Virus record (IMG/VR): IMGVR_UViG_3300009514_000374
Coordinates: 64,001-128,000 of that record
DNA: 64,000 bases
From: a virus
Reading direction: 5' to 3' (one strand)
The position numbers and the translations under genes were made by a program. The notes beneath the pieces are model-generated. The model saw only the letters and a list, made by a program, of their open reading frames with translations. It did not search any database and was not told where the DNA came from. Below, piece after piece: positions 38,138 through 47,327 of the stretch. Each line of letters begins with the position of its first letter. Within the stretch, counting starts at the first letter, position 1.

Positions 38138-39010
38138 ATGACCGTATCTAACGCTACCAAGCAAAAGATCATCTCGGACTACATCAAGACTCCGACTGGT
38201 CGCGCCAAGCTGGCTGCCTCGATGACGCAGCCTCTCCGCACCCGACGTGACTACACGTCTGTTGGGCGCCGTACCTTCCTTGTCGAGCAGTTGCCAGATG
38301 GCGCGCTCCCGATCTACGACAAGGATCCCGATGTCACGGCCTACGTCGTCGGCGAGGAAGGCGAGAACATTCTCGCCATCACCAAGCCACGTCGCGTGAT
38401 CTTCCCGCTGTTTGAGATTGCCTCCAACCCGGAGATCCCTCTCACTCAGATCAAGGAGCGCAGGTTCGATCTGATCGAGCGCGCGCAAGACCTTGCTCGG
38501 GCTCAGATCCAGGCCGCCGAGGACGAGCGTGTGTTCGCTATCCTCGACGCCATCGCAACTGTCGGTTTCGATTCGCTTCCGGGCGGACTCAACCCCGACA
38601 TTCCGGTTGTCGCTCCCATCTCGGGTGCGGTGCTGGCTGACGCCTTCTCGCTCATTGAGCGCCACGACCTCCGGGTCGCGCGCGTCTACATGAACGCGAG
38701 GGACTACGCCGACATCCGCAAGTTCGGTCGGGACATTCTCGACATCGAGAGCCAGGCGACGCTGCTCAAGACTGGTCTGCAAGCTACCCTCTGGGGTGCC
38801 CAGATCATCACGAGCCGCCTCGTTCCGGTCGGCACGGTGTACGTCTGCTGCGAGCCCGAGATGTTTGGCCGCATCCCGGTTCGTACGGAATTGACCGTCT
38901 TGAGCGCGGACGACCCCCGCGCCCGTACCATCGGTTTCTCGGTTTTCGAGAACCTCGGCATCGGCGCCTACAACCCGCGCGGCCTGACGCGTCTGACCAT
39001 CACCCGCTAG
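38138..39010 (+). CDS. major capsid protein (HK97 fold)
   Basis: AGGAG RBS; FEIASNPEIPL..IKERRFDLIERAQ..IQAAED, YMN..DYADI, LWGAQIITS. Confidence 0.9.
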   Translation: MTVSNATKQKIISDYIKTPTGRAKLAASMTQPLRTRRDYTSVGRRTFLVEQLPDGALPIYDKDPDVTAYVVGEEGENILAITKPRRVIFPLFEIASNPEIPLTQIKERRFDLIERAQDLARAQIQAAEDERVFAILDAIATVGFDSLPGGLNPDIPVVAPISGAVLADAFSLIERHDLRVARVYMNARDYADIRKFGRDILDIESQATLLKTGLQATLWGAQIITSRLVPVGTVYVCCEPEMFGRIPVRTELTVLSADDPRARTIGFSVFENLGIGAYNPRGLTRLTITR

Positions 39011-39028
39011 TCGTAGCGAGTGACGGAG

Positions 39029-39063
39029 AGAAGCCCGCCCGGCGAAAGCCTGGCGGGCTTTTC
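39029..39063 (+). terminator. intrinsic terminator after MCP
   Basis: AAGCCCGCC..GGC-GAAA-GCC..GGCGGGCTT plus T-tract. Confidence 0.85.
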
Positions 39064-39118
39064 ATTGGTTCTGGTCCGATGATTAGGTTTTTGCCGGCCC
39101 GTTCGGTAACATGCCGTC

Positions 39119-41611
39119 ATGTCGGAACCGAGTGGCGAAACCGAAGCGAACAAGCCCTATGCCCTTCACGGGAAGCTGACGGTCGAGAAGCTGCGTGAGA
39201 TGTACGAGGTCGAGCTACTGACCGACCAAGAGATTGCCGACCACTACGGGGTTTCAGATGCCGCTGTGAGCGGCCGGAGGAAACGGGCAGGCATCGCTAC
39301 CATGTCGGCTCGGCAACGCCGTGAGCGGAAAGCAGGGCGCTCGGGACCGTTCCTAGACGACCTGACTCCGACCGAGCTTGCGGACCTCTATAGCCGCATG
39401 GGTGATCGGCAGATCGCCGCGACGTACGGGGTCAAGAAACCTGCGATCTCCAGGCTCCGAGACAAGTGGGGGATCGGAGCTATCTCCAAAGCCGAGCGTG
39501 CGACCTCCAGGGAGCCTCTGACTGACGAGCAAAAGGAGATCGTGATCGGGGTGATGCTTGGGGACGGGCACTTGCTTTCGCGTGGAGTGTTCAAGGTCAG
39601 TCATTCGCAGCACCAGTACGAATACCTGTGCCACGTCCACGCGGCGCTGTCCTCCATCGCCAAGCCACTCTACTACGACGAGAAGGAGATGGCCGAGTCG
39701 GGAGAGCTTTGCCCTGGCTTCGGGTTTCGCACGGTTCAACATTCCTGGCTCAAGGCGATGCGTCGCCTGTTCTATCCCGAGGGCGAGCGGGTGTTTCCGG
39801 CCTCGGTGCTGGATAACCTGACGGAGCGTTCGCTGGCCTACTGGTACTTTGACGACGGCTACGAGAGCGATGGGTTGCCTCGGTTCGCCCTCGGCAAAAT
39901 CTCACGTTCCGCAGCCGAGGATGTCGTACAGCGAATCGGGAGGCGCTTTGGGTTCAAGACCTACGTGGGGTCGCCGGTTCCGAATTGCCAGATCATGTCG
40001 ATGCGGGCTGTGTCGTCTGAGCGGTTTTTTCGGATAGTCGTGGATTTCGCGTCGCCGGATATGCTCTACAAGGTCCCTGAGCGGTTCTGGCCTGCGCACG
40101 CTCGGCCTACAGTGAAGGTCAGGACGGTTGACCCGATCCAGCTTCCCAAGGAACTTCGGGGGACGGACCCGAGCTTGGAGGATGGCCTGTTGGCGTTTTG
40201 GCGGAAGCAGGGGTTCCCCTACCACGTTGCTCGGCCTGAGCACCTTCGTATCCTGGCGAATCTGGAGGCGAACCAAGTGCTCCAGGGGGACTCGCTGAAA
40301 ATTCGGCATGTTGGGCAGTCGTCGTGCCAGGCTTTCATGCCGCACATTTGGGAGGCGCATAGCTTTGCGACACCGAGTCCCAAGGCACTGTTCGACAACG
40401 ACGACCGGCTGCGGGAGGTGATCCGGCGAGGGCTCGCTGCGGGCATCGTGTTCAGCGCGGCAGGAATGCGTCAGGCTTTGAGGCGCTACCGTCTTACGAG
40501 CGTCTACAATTTCCGCCCGGCCGTTGCGAAGGTCTTGGTCGATCGGTTCTGTCCGAGTGGGGGGACGGTTTTCGACCCGTGTGCGGGTTGGGGTGGCCGC
40601 ATGTTGGGCACGTTGTTGTCGAGGGCGAACGCTCGTTACGTCTGCTGCGAGCCTAGCTCCAAGACGGTACGGGGTCTGCACGAAATGAAGATGTGGGTCG
40701 AGGGGCATGTAGTCGGTGCTGCGGATCGGGTGACGATCAACCCCGTCCCTGCGGAAACCTTCGACCCTCCCGAGGCGGATATGGTGTTGACCTCGCCGCC
40801 GTATTGGAAGCGGGAGGTTTACGCGGACGAGGACACACAGTCGTCGGCTCGCTACTCGACCTACGAGGCATGGGTCGATTCGTTCCTGCGGCCCATGATC
40901 GCTCGGAGCATCGCTGCCTTGAAATCGGGGGGCTGGCTCGTCCTGAACGTGGACGATTTTGCGATCGGGGAGACTAAGTACCGCTTGGTTCAGGACGTGA
41001 AGGACATCGTAGCGGAGCACGGGCTCCGCGACCCTGACGAGTTTCGGTATGAGATGCCGTCCTTCACTACCGAGGACAACTACGAGCCGGTGCTGGCTTG
41101 GCCGAAAGGGTTGGGCGTCGAGACTGCTCATTCGGATCCGGTTGCAGTTGCGGTCGGACAGCCTGAGCAGAAGGTCACGGCTCGGACGCCGCTGGCGAAG
41201 ATCTGTATTCAGTGCCGGAGGCGGTTTGAGACTCTGCGCGCGGACACGAAATACTGCTCGGATGCGTGCGGCTCTCAGTACCGGAAGCAGAAGCGCGGCG
41301 GGAAGCCACGAAAGACTCACCGGACCATCCAGTGCAAGGCGTGCGAGAATTCGTTTGCGATTCCGTTGACCGGGGGAGTGCCCAAGCACTGTCCCTCGTG
41401 TGCGATCGACATCGCGGAGAATCGTGAGCTTGCGGCACGGACCAAGGCGTGTGCGTACCGCCACTGTGGGCGCAAATTCTTGGATACCTCGACCAAGAAC
41501 ATCGCCAAGTTCTGCCACGTCGAGCATCGACGGCGGGAGAAGCTGTTTCGGTCGGGAAGGGCGGCAGACCTGTCGCATTTCCGCAACCCGGACCCGGTGC
41601 TCGATCGGTAG
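39119..41611 (+). CDS. fusion of tandem HTH, LAGLIDADG endonuclease, amino-DNA methyltransferase and Zn fingers
   Basis: IVIGVMLGDG, LAYWYFDDG; FDPCAGWGG (motif I), TSPPY (motif IV); multiple CxxC. Confidence 0.85.
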   Translation: MSEPSGETEANKPYALHGKLTVEKLREMYEVELLTDQEIADHYGVSDAAVSGRRKRAGIATMSARQRRERKAGRSGPFLDDLTPTELADLYSRMGDRQIAATYGVKKPAISRLRDKWGIGAISKAERATSREPLTDEQKEIVIGVMLGDGHLLSRGVFKVSHSQHQYEYLCHVHAALSSIAKPLYYDEKEMAESGELCPGFGFRTVQHSWLKAMRRLFYPEGERVFPASVLDNLTERSLAYWYFDDGYESDGLPRFALGKISRSAAEDVVQRIGRRFGFKTYVGSPVPNCQIMSMRAVSSERFFRIVVDFASPDMLYKVPERFWPAHARPTVKVRTVDPIQLPKELRGTDPSLEDGLLAFWRKQGFPYHVARPEHLRILANLEANQVLQGDSLKIRHVGQSSCQAFMPHIWEAHSFATPSPKALFDNDDRLREVIRRGLAAGIVFSAAGMRQALRRYRLTSVYNFRPAVAKVLVDRFCPSGGTVFDPCAGWGGRMLGTLLSRANARYVCCEPSSKTVRGLHEMKMWVEGHVVGAADRVTINPVPAETFDPPEADMVLTSPPYWKREVYADEDTQSSARYSTYEAWVDSFLRPMIARSIAALKSGGWLVLNVDDFAIGETKYRLVQDVKDIVAEHGLRDPDEFRYEMPSFTTEDNYEPVLAWPKGLGVETAHSDPVAVAVGQPEQKVTARTPLAKICIQCRRRFETLRADTKYCSDACGSQYRKQKRGGKPRKTHRTIQCKACENSFAIPLTGGVPKHCPSCAIDIAENRELAARTKACAYRHCGRKFLDTSTKNIAKFCHVEHRRREKLFRSGRAADLSHFRNPDPVLDR

Positions 41612-41633
41612 CTTGTTGGAGTAAGGATCCCTA

Positions 41634-41993
41634 ATGGACGCGGAACAACCAAGCGACTTTGACCGGGGGCTCACTTGGGCTTTCGTATCGGATCTGTACG
41701 AGCGGGGCTTGTTGCCCGAGCCTGACCTGGAGGCCGTGGAGGCGTTCAGGAGCCAGCCTGCTTCGGTCCAGGCGGAGCAAGAGGCTCGACTGTGCTACCT
41801 GGCGTTGCGCCGTCTGGTACCGGCCAGGGGCGAGCTAGAGCCCGGCGAGGAACCCCCTGACGATGGGGAGCAGTACGTGCAGATCACGGCCGAGGGGTTG
41901 GCGGTCTTGCATCACCTGATCGGGGAGTCGGAAGCGGTGCCGGACGTGACCAAGGCCGAGGTCTTGGAGATGTTGGGTTCTACCGATCGGTAA
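41634..41993 (+). CDS. hypothetical protein
   Basis: ORF with a leaderless-type motif. Confidence 0.6.
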   Translation: MDAEQPSDFDRGLTWAFVSDLYERGLLPEPDLEAVEAFRSQPASVQAEQEARLCYLALRRLVPARGELEPGEEPPDDGEQYVQITAEGLAVLHHLIGESEAVPDVTKAEVLEMLGSTDR

Positions 41994-42028
41994 GTTCAAA
42001 AACATGGTTCGTTGGCGTAATTTTCAGT

Positions 42029-42256
42029 ATGCAAGAATTCCAGCCCGATGACGTACTCCAAGTGGTGTGTAATCCGATCTACGTGGGCATCCCCCCCTTT
42101 CCTCCGCTGATGGCTCGGGAGGCGTGGATAGAAGCAAATCTCGTAGCCCTTGAGGAAATGGGGGCGGAGCAGTATCTCAACCAGCTTTTGGATTCCCTTC
42201 ATAGCAGCATGGCATGGGCGGCCGAGGAAATGGCCCCGGACCCCGCTGACGAATAG
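42029..42256 (+). CDS. hypothetical protein
   Basis: ORF with TGGCGTAA motif. Confidence 0.6.
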   Translation: MQEFQPDDVLQVVCNPIYVGIPPFPPLMAREAWIEANLVALEEMGAEQYLNQLLDSLHSSMAWAAEEMAPDPADE

Positions 42257-42293
42257 TTGTCCAGAAGCGCCCTTTCGTGGCGTAAAGAGAAGC

Positions 42294-42905
42294 ATGGAGC
42301 CCTACGTCGTTCTCAAAGCCACGGTTGAGCCCTTGCTGAACCCCCCTGACAACCCGTGGACTCCCATTTCCGCGCGAATTTTTCTGTGTAGCGCGGATGG
42401 CGGGGAAACAGAGATCGGGGAAACATCTTGGGTACGTTTGGACCCTGGTCATGGACGCGAGCTTTGGGACCTCTTTGACGATGAAAGCGCGGGAACGCAT
42501 GAAGCCTACTGCGCCTTGAGGGAAAACGGCGTACTGGATAACGACGATCCTAGCTTTTGTGGGGTGGGCATCGGGTACAGCTATTTCTTGTGCGGGGTGG
42601 AGACGGTCATTGACCCGGAGTATCGGGGGCATGGGTATGGGCTGGAGGCGCTGGCTGCCTTCTTGCGGTTTTTTGCCTCTGAGAGTAACGGGCTGGTCGT
42701 CATCCGACCGGCCCCTTTGCCGGAGGGGCCGGAGGAACAGGACGTGGTTGCTTTGCGTGCTGCGGGGGTCAAGAGGCTCCAAGGCTACTGGTCCCGGTTG
42801 GGGTTTGATCAGGTCGGAGATACGGAATTTTTCATGTCTGAGACGGATATGAGACATCCGTGGAATTCAAGTGAGCCGGTTCGTGAAGCTGTCGGGCATG
42901 GTTGA
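42294..42905 (+). CDS. GNAT-family acetyltransferase
   Basis: IDPEYRGHGYG, L.GYWSRLGF. Confidence 0.75.
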   Translation: MEPYVVLKATVEPLLNPPDNPWTPISARIFLCSADGGETEIGETSWVRLDPGHGRELWDLFDDESAGTHEAYCALRENGVLDNDDPSFCGVGIGYSYFLCGVETVIDPEYRGHGYGLEALAAFLRFFASESNGLVVIRPAPLPEGPEEQDVVALRAAGVKRLQGYWSRLGFDQVGDTEFFMSETDMRHPWNSSEPVREAVGHG

Positions 42906-43551
42906 GCGGACACTCTTTGACGAGTGGGGCATCACCCCGGCGGAGTACAGCGATCTGCTGGCGCGCAACGCCAACTTGCGCGGAATTTCCCAAGGATATG
43001 TGGCAGAGGACAAGCTGCAAGCGCGCCTGCTTGATCACCCCGAGGTATCCGCGTGCGTGAAAATGGCCGATCAGGATCGGAACCATCCCTATGATTTCCT
43101 CGTAACGTACAGGGGGTCGAAGATCAGGGTGGAGTCCAAGGGGCCTCAGTCGGGGAAGGTGACGCGCTTGGGGAATCCCCAAATCTGCCGGGCCATTTGG
43201 AAATACGACACCACCGGGCGGCGGAAGATCAAGGTGGGAGGCTGCGAGATCGACAAGTACAATCGGCCTTTCGGGGAGTGTGACGTGAATGCCGTCCCTC
43301 TCTTTGACGTGATCGGGCGGTGGGAATTCGCCTTCATCTTGAACCGAGATCTGAAACCCACGACCTCGCCTCAAATCCCCGCTGAGATCCGCCATCTTGT
43401 ATGCAAGATCGATCAGACGGTACGTTGGCCTCCGTTGCCTCCCTACTATGACAACCCGTTCGGCTTGTTTGACACGTTGGTCGCGGAAGGCGTTGAGGGT
43501 GTGAAGGTGACGCACCCCGAACCCGACTACCCGTTCCTGTGGGCGACCTAG
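42871..43551 (+). CDS. PD-(D/E)XK restriction-endonuclease-like protein (start uncertain)
   Basis: GYVAEDKL..YDFLV..IRVESKG. Confidence 0.65.
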   Translation: MSRFVKLSGMVERTLFDEWGITPAEYSDLLARNANLRGISQGYVAEDKLQARLLDHPEVSACVKMADQDRNHPYDFLVTYRGSKIRVESKGPQSGKVTRLGNPQICRAIWKYDTTGRRKIKVGGCEIDKYNRPFGECDVNAVPLFDVIGRWEFAFILNRDLKPTTSPQIPAEIRHLVCKIDQTVRWPPLPPYYDNPFGLFDTLVAEGVEGVKVTHPEPDYPFLWAT

Positions 43552-43875
43552 CTCGGTACCATCACCCTGAGCAACTGCCCCGACAGGGGGTGAACCCGGA
43601 GGGCAAAACAGCACCTACGATGGGCAAGCCCCGCGATCGGATACGGTAAACGAGGGACGCCTCGGGCATCTCCGCTCAATTTCCCCCTTGGTTGGCGTAA
43701 GGTGTTTCGGACGGAAGTGAGATGGGCAGTCAACCGGGATGCGGTTCCGATCCCGGCCCTCCCTGCTCGGGAAAAGGCCAAAGGCCGACGAGGGCGCCCC
43801 CGCAGCGCGATGCTCGTAGGCAATGAAGCGACCAAACCGCACAGAAGGCAAGAGCAGGCCGTCCACTAATTTCTG

Positions 43876-44274
43876 ATGGCTCACCGAGAAAAGACCGAAG
43901 CTGAGAAGCACGTCGTCACGCTCAAGCACTGGCGATGGATGCCGGGGATGCTGCCCACCCACGGCAGCAGGATCATCTACTGTGTCGGCGAGCGCGCCTT
44001 TGTTGCGTATTGGGACGATGAAGCGAACGATGGCGACGGAGATGGAGATGCGCATTGGTTCGGCACTGGCCTTCCCGACCTTACGGATCCAGCGACCCTT
44101 GGCTGTCTCCGTGCCCTCGTGCGTGAAGCCTGGAGGTCGCCGACCGCGAACACGATCTTTGTCGATGGTCAGTGGCAGTGTTGGGTCAAGAACGAGGACA
44201 CGCCGCGCGGGCTTCATTTCGACGGGGCCACGGAGCAGGACGCTCTCGTTGCAGCCTTGGAGGCCGCCGCGTGA
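43876..44274 (+). CDS. hypothetical phage protein
   Basis: WRWMPGM..PDLTDPATLGCL. Confidence 0.65.
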   Translation: MAHREKTEAEKHVVTLKHWRWMPGMLPTHGSRIIYCVGERAFVAYWDDEANDGDGDGDAHWFGTGLPDLTDPATLGCLRALVREAWRSPTANTIFVDGQWQCWVKNEDTPRGLHFDGATEQDALVAALEAAA

Positions 44275-44579
44275 AGGTGATCCGAGAGATCGAGAAGCTC
44301 GACACCGGGCGGCATCTCGTATCGCTCAGCGTGATCGAGAGCGGTAAGGGGATCACGATCGTTGCGGCGGAGGATGCTCCTGACGATTGGAAGCTGCTCG
44401 TTGCGTGCGGACGGCCGGGCACCATGAGAGTGCTCCGACGTGGTGAGCCTGACCTTGCCGCGTGTGAGACGTGGGCGCGTTGGGTCGGCGAGCAGGTGCT
44501 CGTCAAGGGCCGTACCCCCGAGGCCGTGTTCGCAGATATGGCCCGAGATCGAGGCGAGGATGCTGAACACCAGCACTGA
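44271..44579 (+). CDS. hypothetical protein
   Basis: GTGA-coupled ORF with GGAGG RBS. Confidence 0.55.
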   Translation: MKVIREIEKLDTGRHLVSLSVIESGKGITIVAAEDAPDDWKLLVACGRPGTMRVLRRGEPDLAACETWARWVGEQVLVKGRTPEAVFADMARDRGEDAEHQH

Positions 44580-44599
44580 CGTAGGATAGGACTACACAA

Positions 44600-44896
44600 A
44601 TGACTGACAGGCACGCCTATTGGAAGCGAGAATTCCAGCGCATGTTGGACGACGTGGATCGGAGCCGTGGCGAGGTAGGCACGCACGAGGCGATCATTCA
44701 CTTGCTGGTCGAGGCCGAAAAGCTCGGAGCCTCTGAGGCCGAGCAGCTTCGCGTTCAATTGGCTGGTTGCGGTGTCGCATCGCTCGACGGGTCGGAAGCG
44801 CAGGCGTGCGCGAAGGGGGCCTACGGATGGTCCCCGGCCTACCAGAGCGTGCTCGATCTCCGCCGAAAGTACGACGAGCTTCGGAATGCTAAGTGA
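44600..44896 (+). CDS. hypothetical protein
   Basis: ORF with AGGA RBS. Confidence 0.6.
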   Translation: MTDRHAYWKREFQRMLDDVDRSRGEVGTHEAIIHLLVEAEKLGASEAEQLRVQLAGCGVASLDGSEAQACAKGAYGWSPAYQSVLDLRRKYDELRNAK

Positions 44897-45368
44897 GTCC
44901 AGCACGATCGTGGCCCGCAAGGCCGAGCGCATGGAGGCGTGGCGGGCAGCGAACCCTCGCCAGGCGTGGGCGCTCGATCGCATGGAGGGCTGGTACAAGG
45001 CCGAGTGTGTCGAGGCCATCCACAGCGACCTCGTGGACGACGAACGGTTGGGCAACCTGTGGATGATCGCCGATCAGCTTGAGACGGTGATCAAGGAGAG
45101 TGCGGAAGGCGAAACCTGTTGCGTCTCGTGCGATCGGGCAGTGACCTACACGGTCGAGGTGATCGAGGGGTCCAACGAACCGAACGACGAGGACCGGAAG
45201 GTCTACGGTCAGGTGCATCGCGTCACTTGGATCTGCCAGGTCTGCGACGGCTACGTGTGCCGCTGGTGTGCGTTCCGAAACCCTGACGATCCGCTCACCA
45301 TCCACGAGAACACCTACTGCGGTGAGGCGTGTTGGAAGGCTGATGGTAGTCCCACGGAGATCTGGTGA
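44886..45368 (+). CDS. Cys-rich Zn-binding hypothetical protein
   Basis: CVSC, CQVC, CRWC, C..C. Confidence 0.6.
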   Translation: MLSESSTIVARKAERMEAWRAANPRQAWALDRMEGWYKAECVEAIHSDLVDDERLGNLWMIADQLETVIKESAEGETCCVSCDRAVTYTVEVIEGSNEPNDEDRKVYGQVHRVTWICQVCDGYVCRWCAFRNPDDPLTIHENTYCGEACWKADGSPTEIW

Positions 45369-45582
45369 TGGCTGGTACATCGTCCGTGACGACGACGGTG
45401 TTCAAGAGGTCATGGAGTACGACTCCTGCGGGGGGTACGACGGGCGGTGTGGTGGTTGTGCTGAGTGCCTTGCGATGCAAGCAGAGCACGCGGGATGGGC
45501 TGTCGAGCGCACCAAAGATCCGAAACACGCGGCTGTCGCTCTAGTGCTCTGTAAGGTCAAAGAGCCCGAAGCCTACGGCTGA
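45343..45582 (+). CDS. small Cys-rich hypothetical protein
   Basis: CGGCAEC. Confidence 0.5.
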   Translation: MVVPRRSGDGWYIVRDDDGVQEVMEYDSCGGYDGRCGGCAECLAMQAEHAGWAVERTKDPKHAAVALVLCKVKEPEAYG

Positions 45583-45583
45583 T

Positions 45584-45611
45584 TAGCGATTCTACAACCG
45601 GGATCCGGTTG
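45584..45611 (+). promoter_or_regulatory. late-type promoter motif with hairpin
   Basis: TAG CGATT CTAC AACCGGGATCCGG TTG. Confidence 0.45.
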
Positions 45612-45628
45612 TGCGAGTAGCATCCCAC

Positions 45629-46627
45629 ATGCTACGCGCGATTCTCGATTTTCTGTTCGCTCTCTTTCGTGGTTCCCCGGACGAGGACGAGACTCCGCGC
45701 GCGGTTGAGGGGCAAGACCCGCCGGCTAAGCCGGCCGTTCCTGACAGCGAGGACGAGCCTGTAGTCGTCCCGAGCCCTGAGCCGGAACCGGAACCCGAGC
45801 CCGAGCCGGACCCATATCGGACGGAGCCGGAGATCGAGGAACCGGGCAGGATGAAGATCAGCGCGTGGGCGGGGAACGCCTCGCTGAATAACCCGGAGCG
45901 TGACGTGGCGTTCGCTACCAGCATCGGGCTCACTCGTCTCGATGTGATCGTGAACGACCACTCGGGTTGGAGGGAGCCTCACGATTTCACCATGCGCAAA
46001 GAAGCGAAGATCGAGAAGCTGGTCAAGCTCGCGCAAGCGGCTGGTTTGGAGGTCCACTTTATGTCGTGGATCATGCCGCACCGGCAGTACGTCGAGGGGG
46101 CGGCTGAGCAACTGGTCCCGCTGTGCAACCGGCTCGGCATCACGTCTCTCCAGTGGGACGCGGAGGAACCCTGGATGAAAGCGACCGACGCGATGGCCTA
46201 CCCGGATGCGGCCAAGTTGATCGCCGAGAAATTCAAGGGCCTCGACTGCCCGATGGGGGTCAACGGGATCGGGTACGCGTCGGCTACCAAGTTCGGCCCG
46301 CTCGCCGATGTCTGCGAGTACGTGGTGCCACAGTGCTACGCCACGAGCAGCAACACGCTCGACCCGACGACCTGTGTGCCGAAATTCGTTCGCCGATACC
46401 GATCCAAGTTTGGCGTAAACAAACCCGTGCAGGTTGGGCTTGCCGCGTACCGTCAGCCTCCCAAGGGCTTCACCACCGAGGCTGCGATGGCGGCTAGCTT
46501 CGGGAGCGCCGAGGCCATCGAAGGCTGCGACGCTGTGATCTACTGGTCCCTTGGCTGGATCCGCAAGACGCCGAGCGTTGCGGCTGCGATCAAGAAGCTC
46601 GCTACCAAGGGGCAACTGGTGGCCTAG
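45629..46627 (+). CDS. TIM-barrel glycoside hydrolase-like protein, candidate endolysin
   Basis: Hydrophobic N-terminus, (PE)n linker, LQWDAEE, VVPQCY, YWS. Confidence 0.55.
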   Translation: MLRAILDFLFALFRGSPDEDETPRAVEGQDPPAKPAVPDSEDEPVVVPSPEPEPEPEPEPDPYRTEPEIEEPGRMKISAWAGNASLNNPERDVAFATSIGLTRLDVIVNDHSGWREPHDFTMRKEAKIEKLVKLAQAAGLEVHFMSWIMPHRQYVEGAAEQLVPLCNRLGITSLQWDAEEPWMKATDAMAYPDAAKLIAEKFKGLDCPMGVNGIGYASATKFGPLADVCEYVVPQCYATSSNTLDPTTCVPKFVRRYRSKFGVNKPVQVGLAAYRQPPKGFTTEAAMAASFGSAEAIEGCDAVIYWSLGWIRKTPSVAAAIKKLATKGQLVA

Positions 46628-47304
46628 TGCTGATCGGGATCGATGAAGCGGGCCGAGGCCCTGTGCTTGGGCCGATGGTCTTGGCGGTCGTGGTGATCGC
46701 TCCCGAAGCCGAGGACGAATTCAAGGCCCTCGGGATCAAGGACTCCAAGAAATACGGATCTGGCAAGAAGGGCCATGAGCGTCGAGCCCGAGCGCGGGAT
46801 CTGATCATGGAGAAGGCCGCGTGCTATGCGATCGAGATCGTGTACCCGAGCGTGATTGACCAGTGGGTTCACGACCGCTCCCTGAATGCCCTGGAGCGCC
46901 ACATCGCAGAGAAGCTCCTGAGAGGCGTAGACGCCACACAGGGCGACCTGATTGTGGCGGACGGCGAGGGTCTGTTCGGCCCGCTCAGGGCGTTCTGGCC
47001 GTCCCTGAGCGCCGAGGACAAGGCCGATACGAACCATGTCTCGGTGGCGGCAGCCTCGGTGCTGGCGAAAACGGAGCGTGATGCCCGCATGGCTGAGATC
47101 TCGGCCAAATACGAGCGTGAGGGCTACCCGCCGCTCAGGGGCGGCGGCTACGTGAATGAGTGGTCGATCCGATTCATGGAGGACTACGCTGAGAAGCATG
47201 GCGGTGAGCTACCTCCAGAGGCGCGCAAATCGTGGAAATGGCAGCGCACGCGGGCAGAGGCGTTGCCAGGTGGAGACATCCTCGACCTGTTCGGCTCAGA
47301 CTGA
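46627..47304 (+). CDS. rnhB: ribonuclease HII
   Basis: GIDEAGRGPVLGPMV, DSKK, KAD....VAAASVLAK. Confidence 0.95.
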   Translation: MLIGIDEAGRGPVLGPMVLAVVVIAPEAEDEFKALGIKDSKKYGSGKKGHERRARARDLIMEKAACYAIEIVYPSVIDQWVHDRSLNALERHIAEKLLRGVDATQGDLIVADGEGLFGPLRAFWPSLSAEDKADTNHVSVAAASVLAKTERDARMAEISAKYEREGYPPLRGGGYVNEWSIRFMEDYAEKHGGELPPEARKSWKWQRTRAEALPGGDILDLFGSD

Positions 47305-47327
47305 ACGACCGTTGGCGTAAGATCAGT

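Noticed and set aside
38138-39010. Encapsulin operon (short HK97 shell plus ferritin cargo)
   Set aside because: Terminase, portal, protease and scaffold are present, so this is a phage capsid.
43608-43670. c-di-GMP-I riboswitch-like GGGCAAA...CAAGCC
   Set aside because: There is no GNRA-capped P2 stem or tetraloop receptor.
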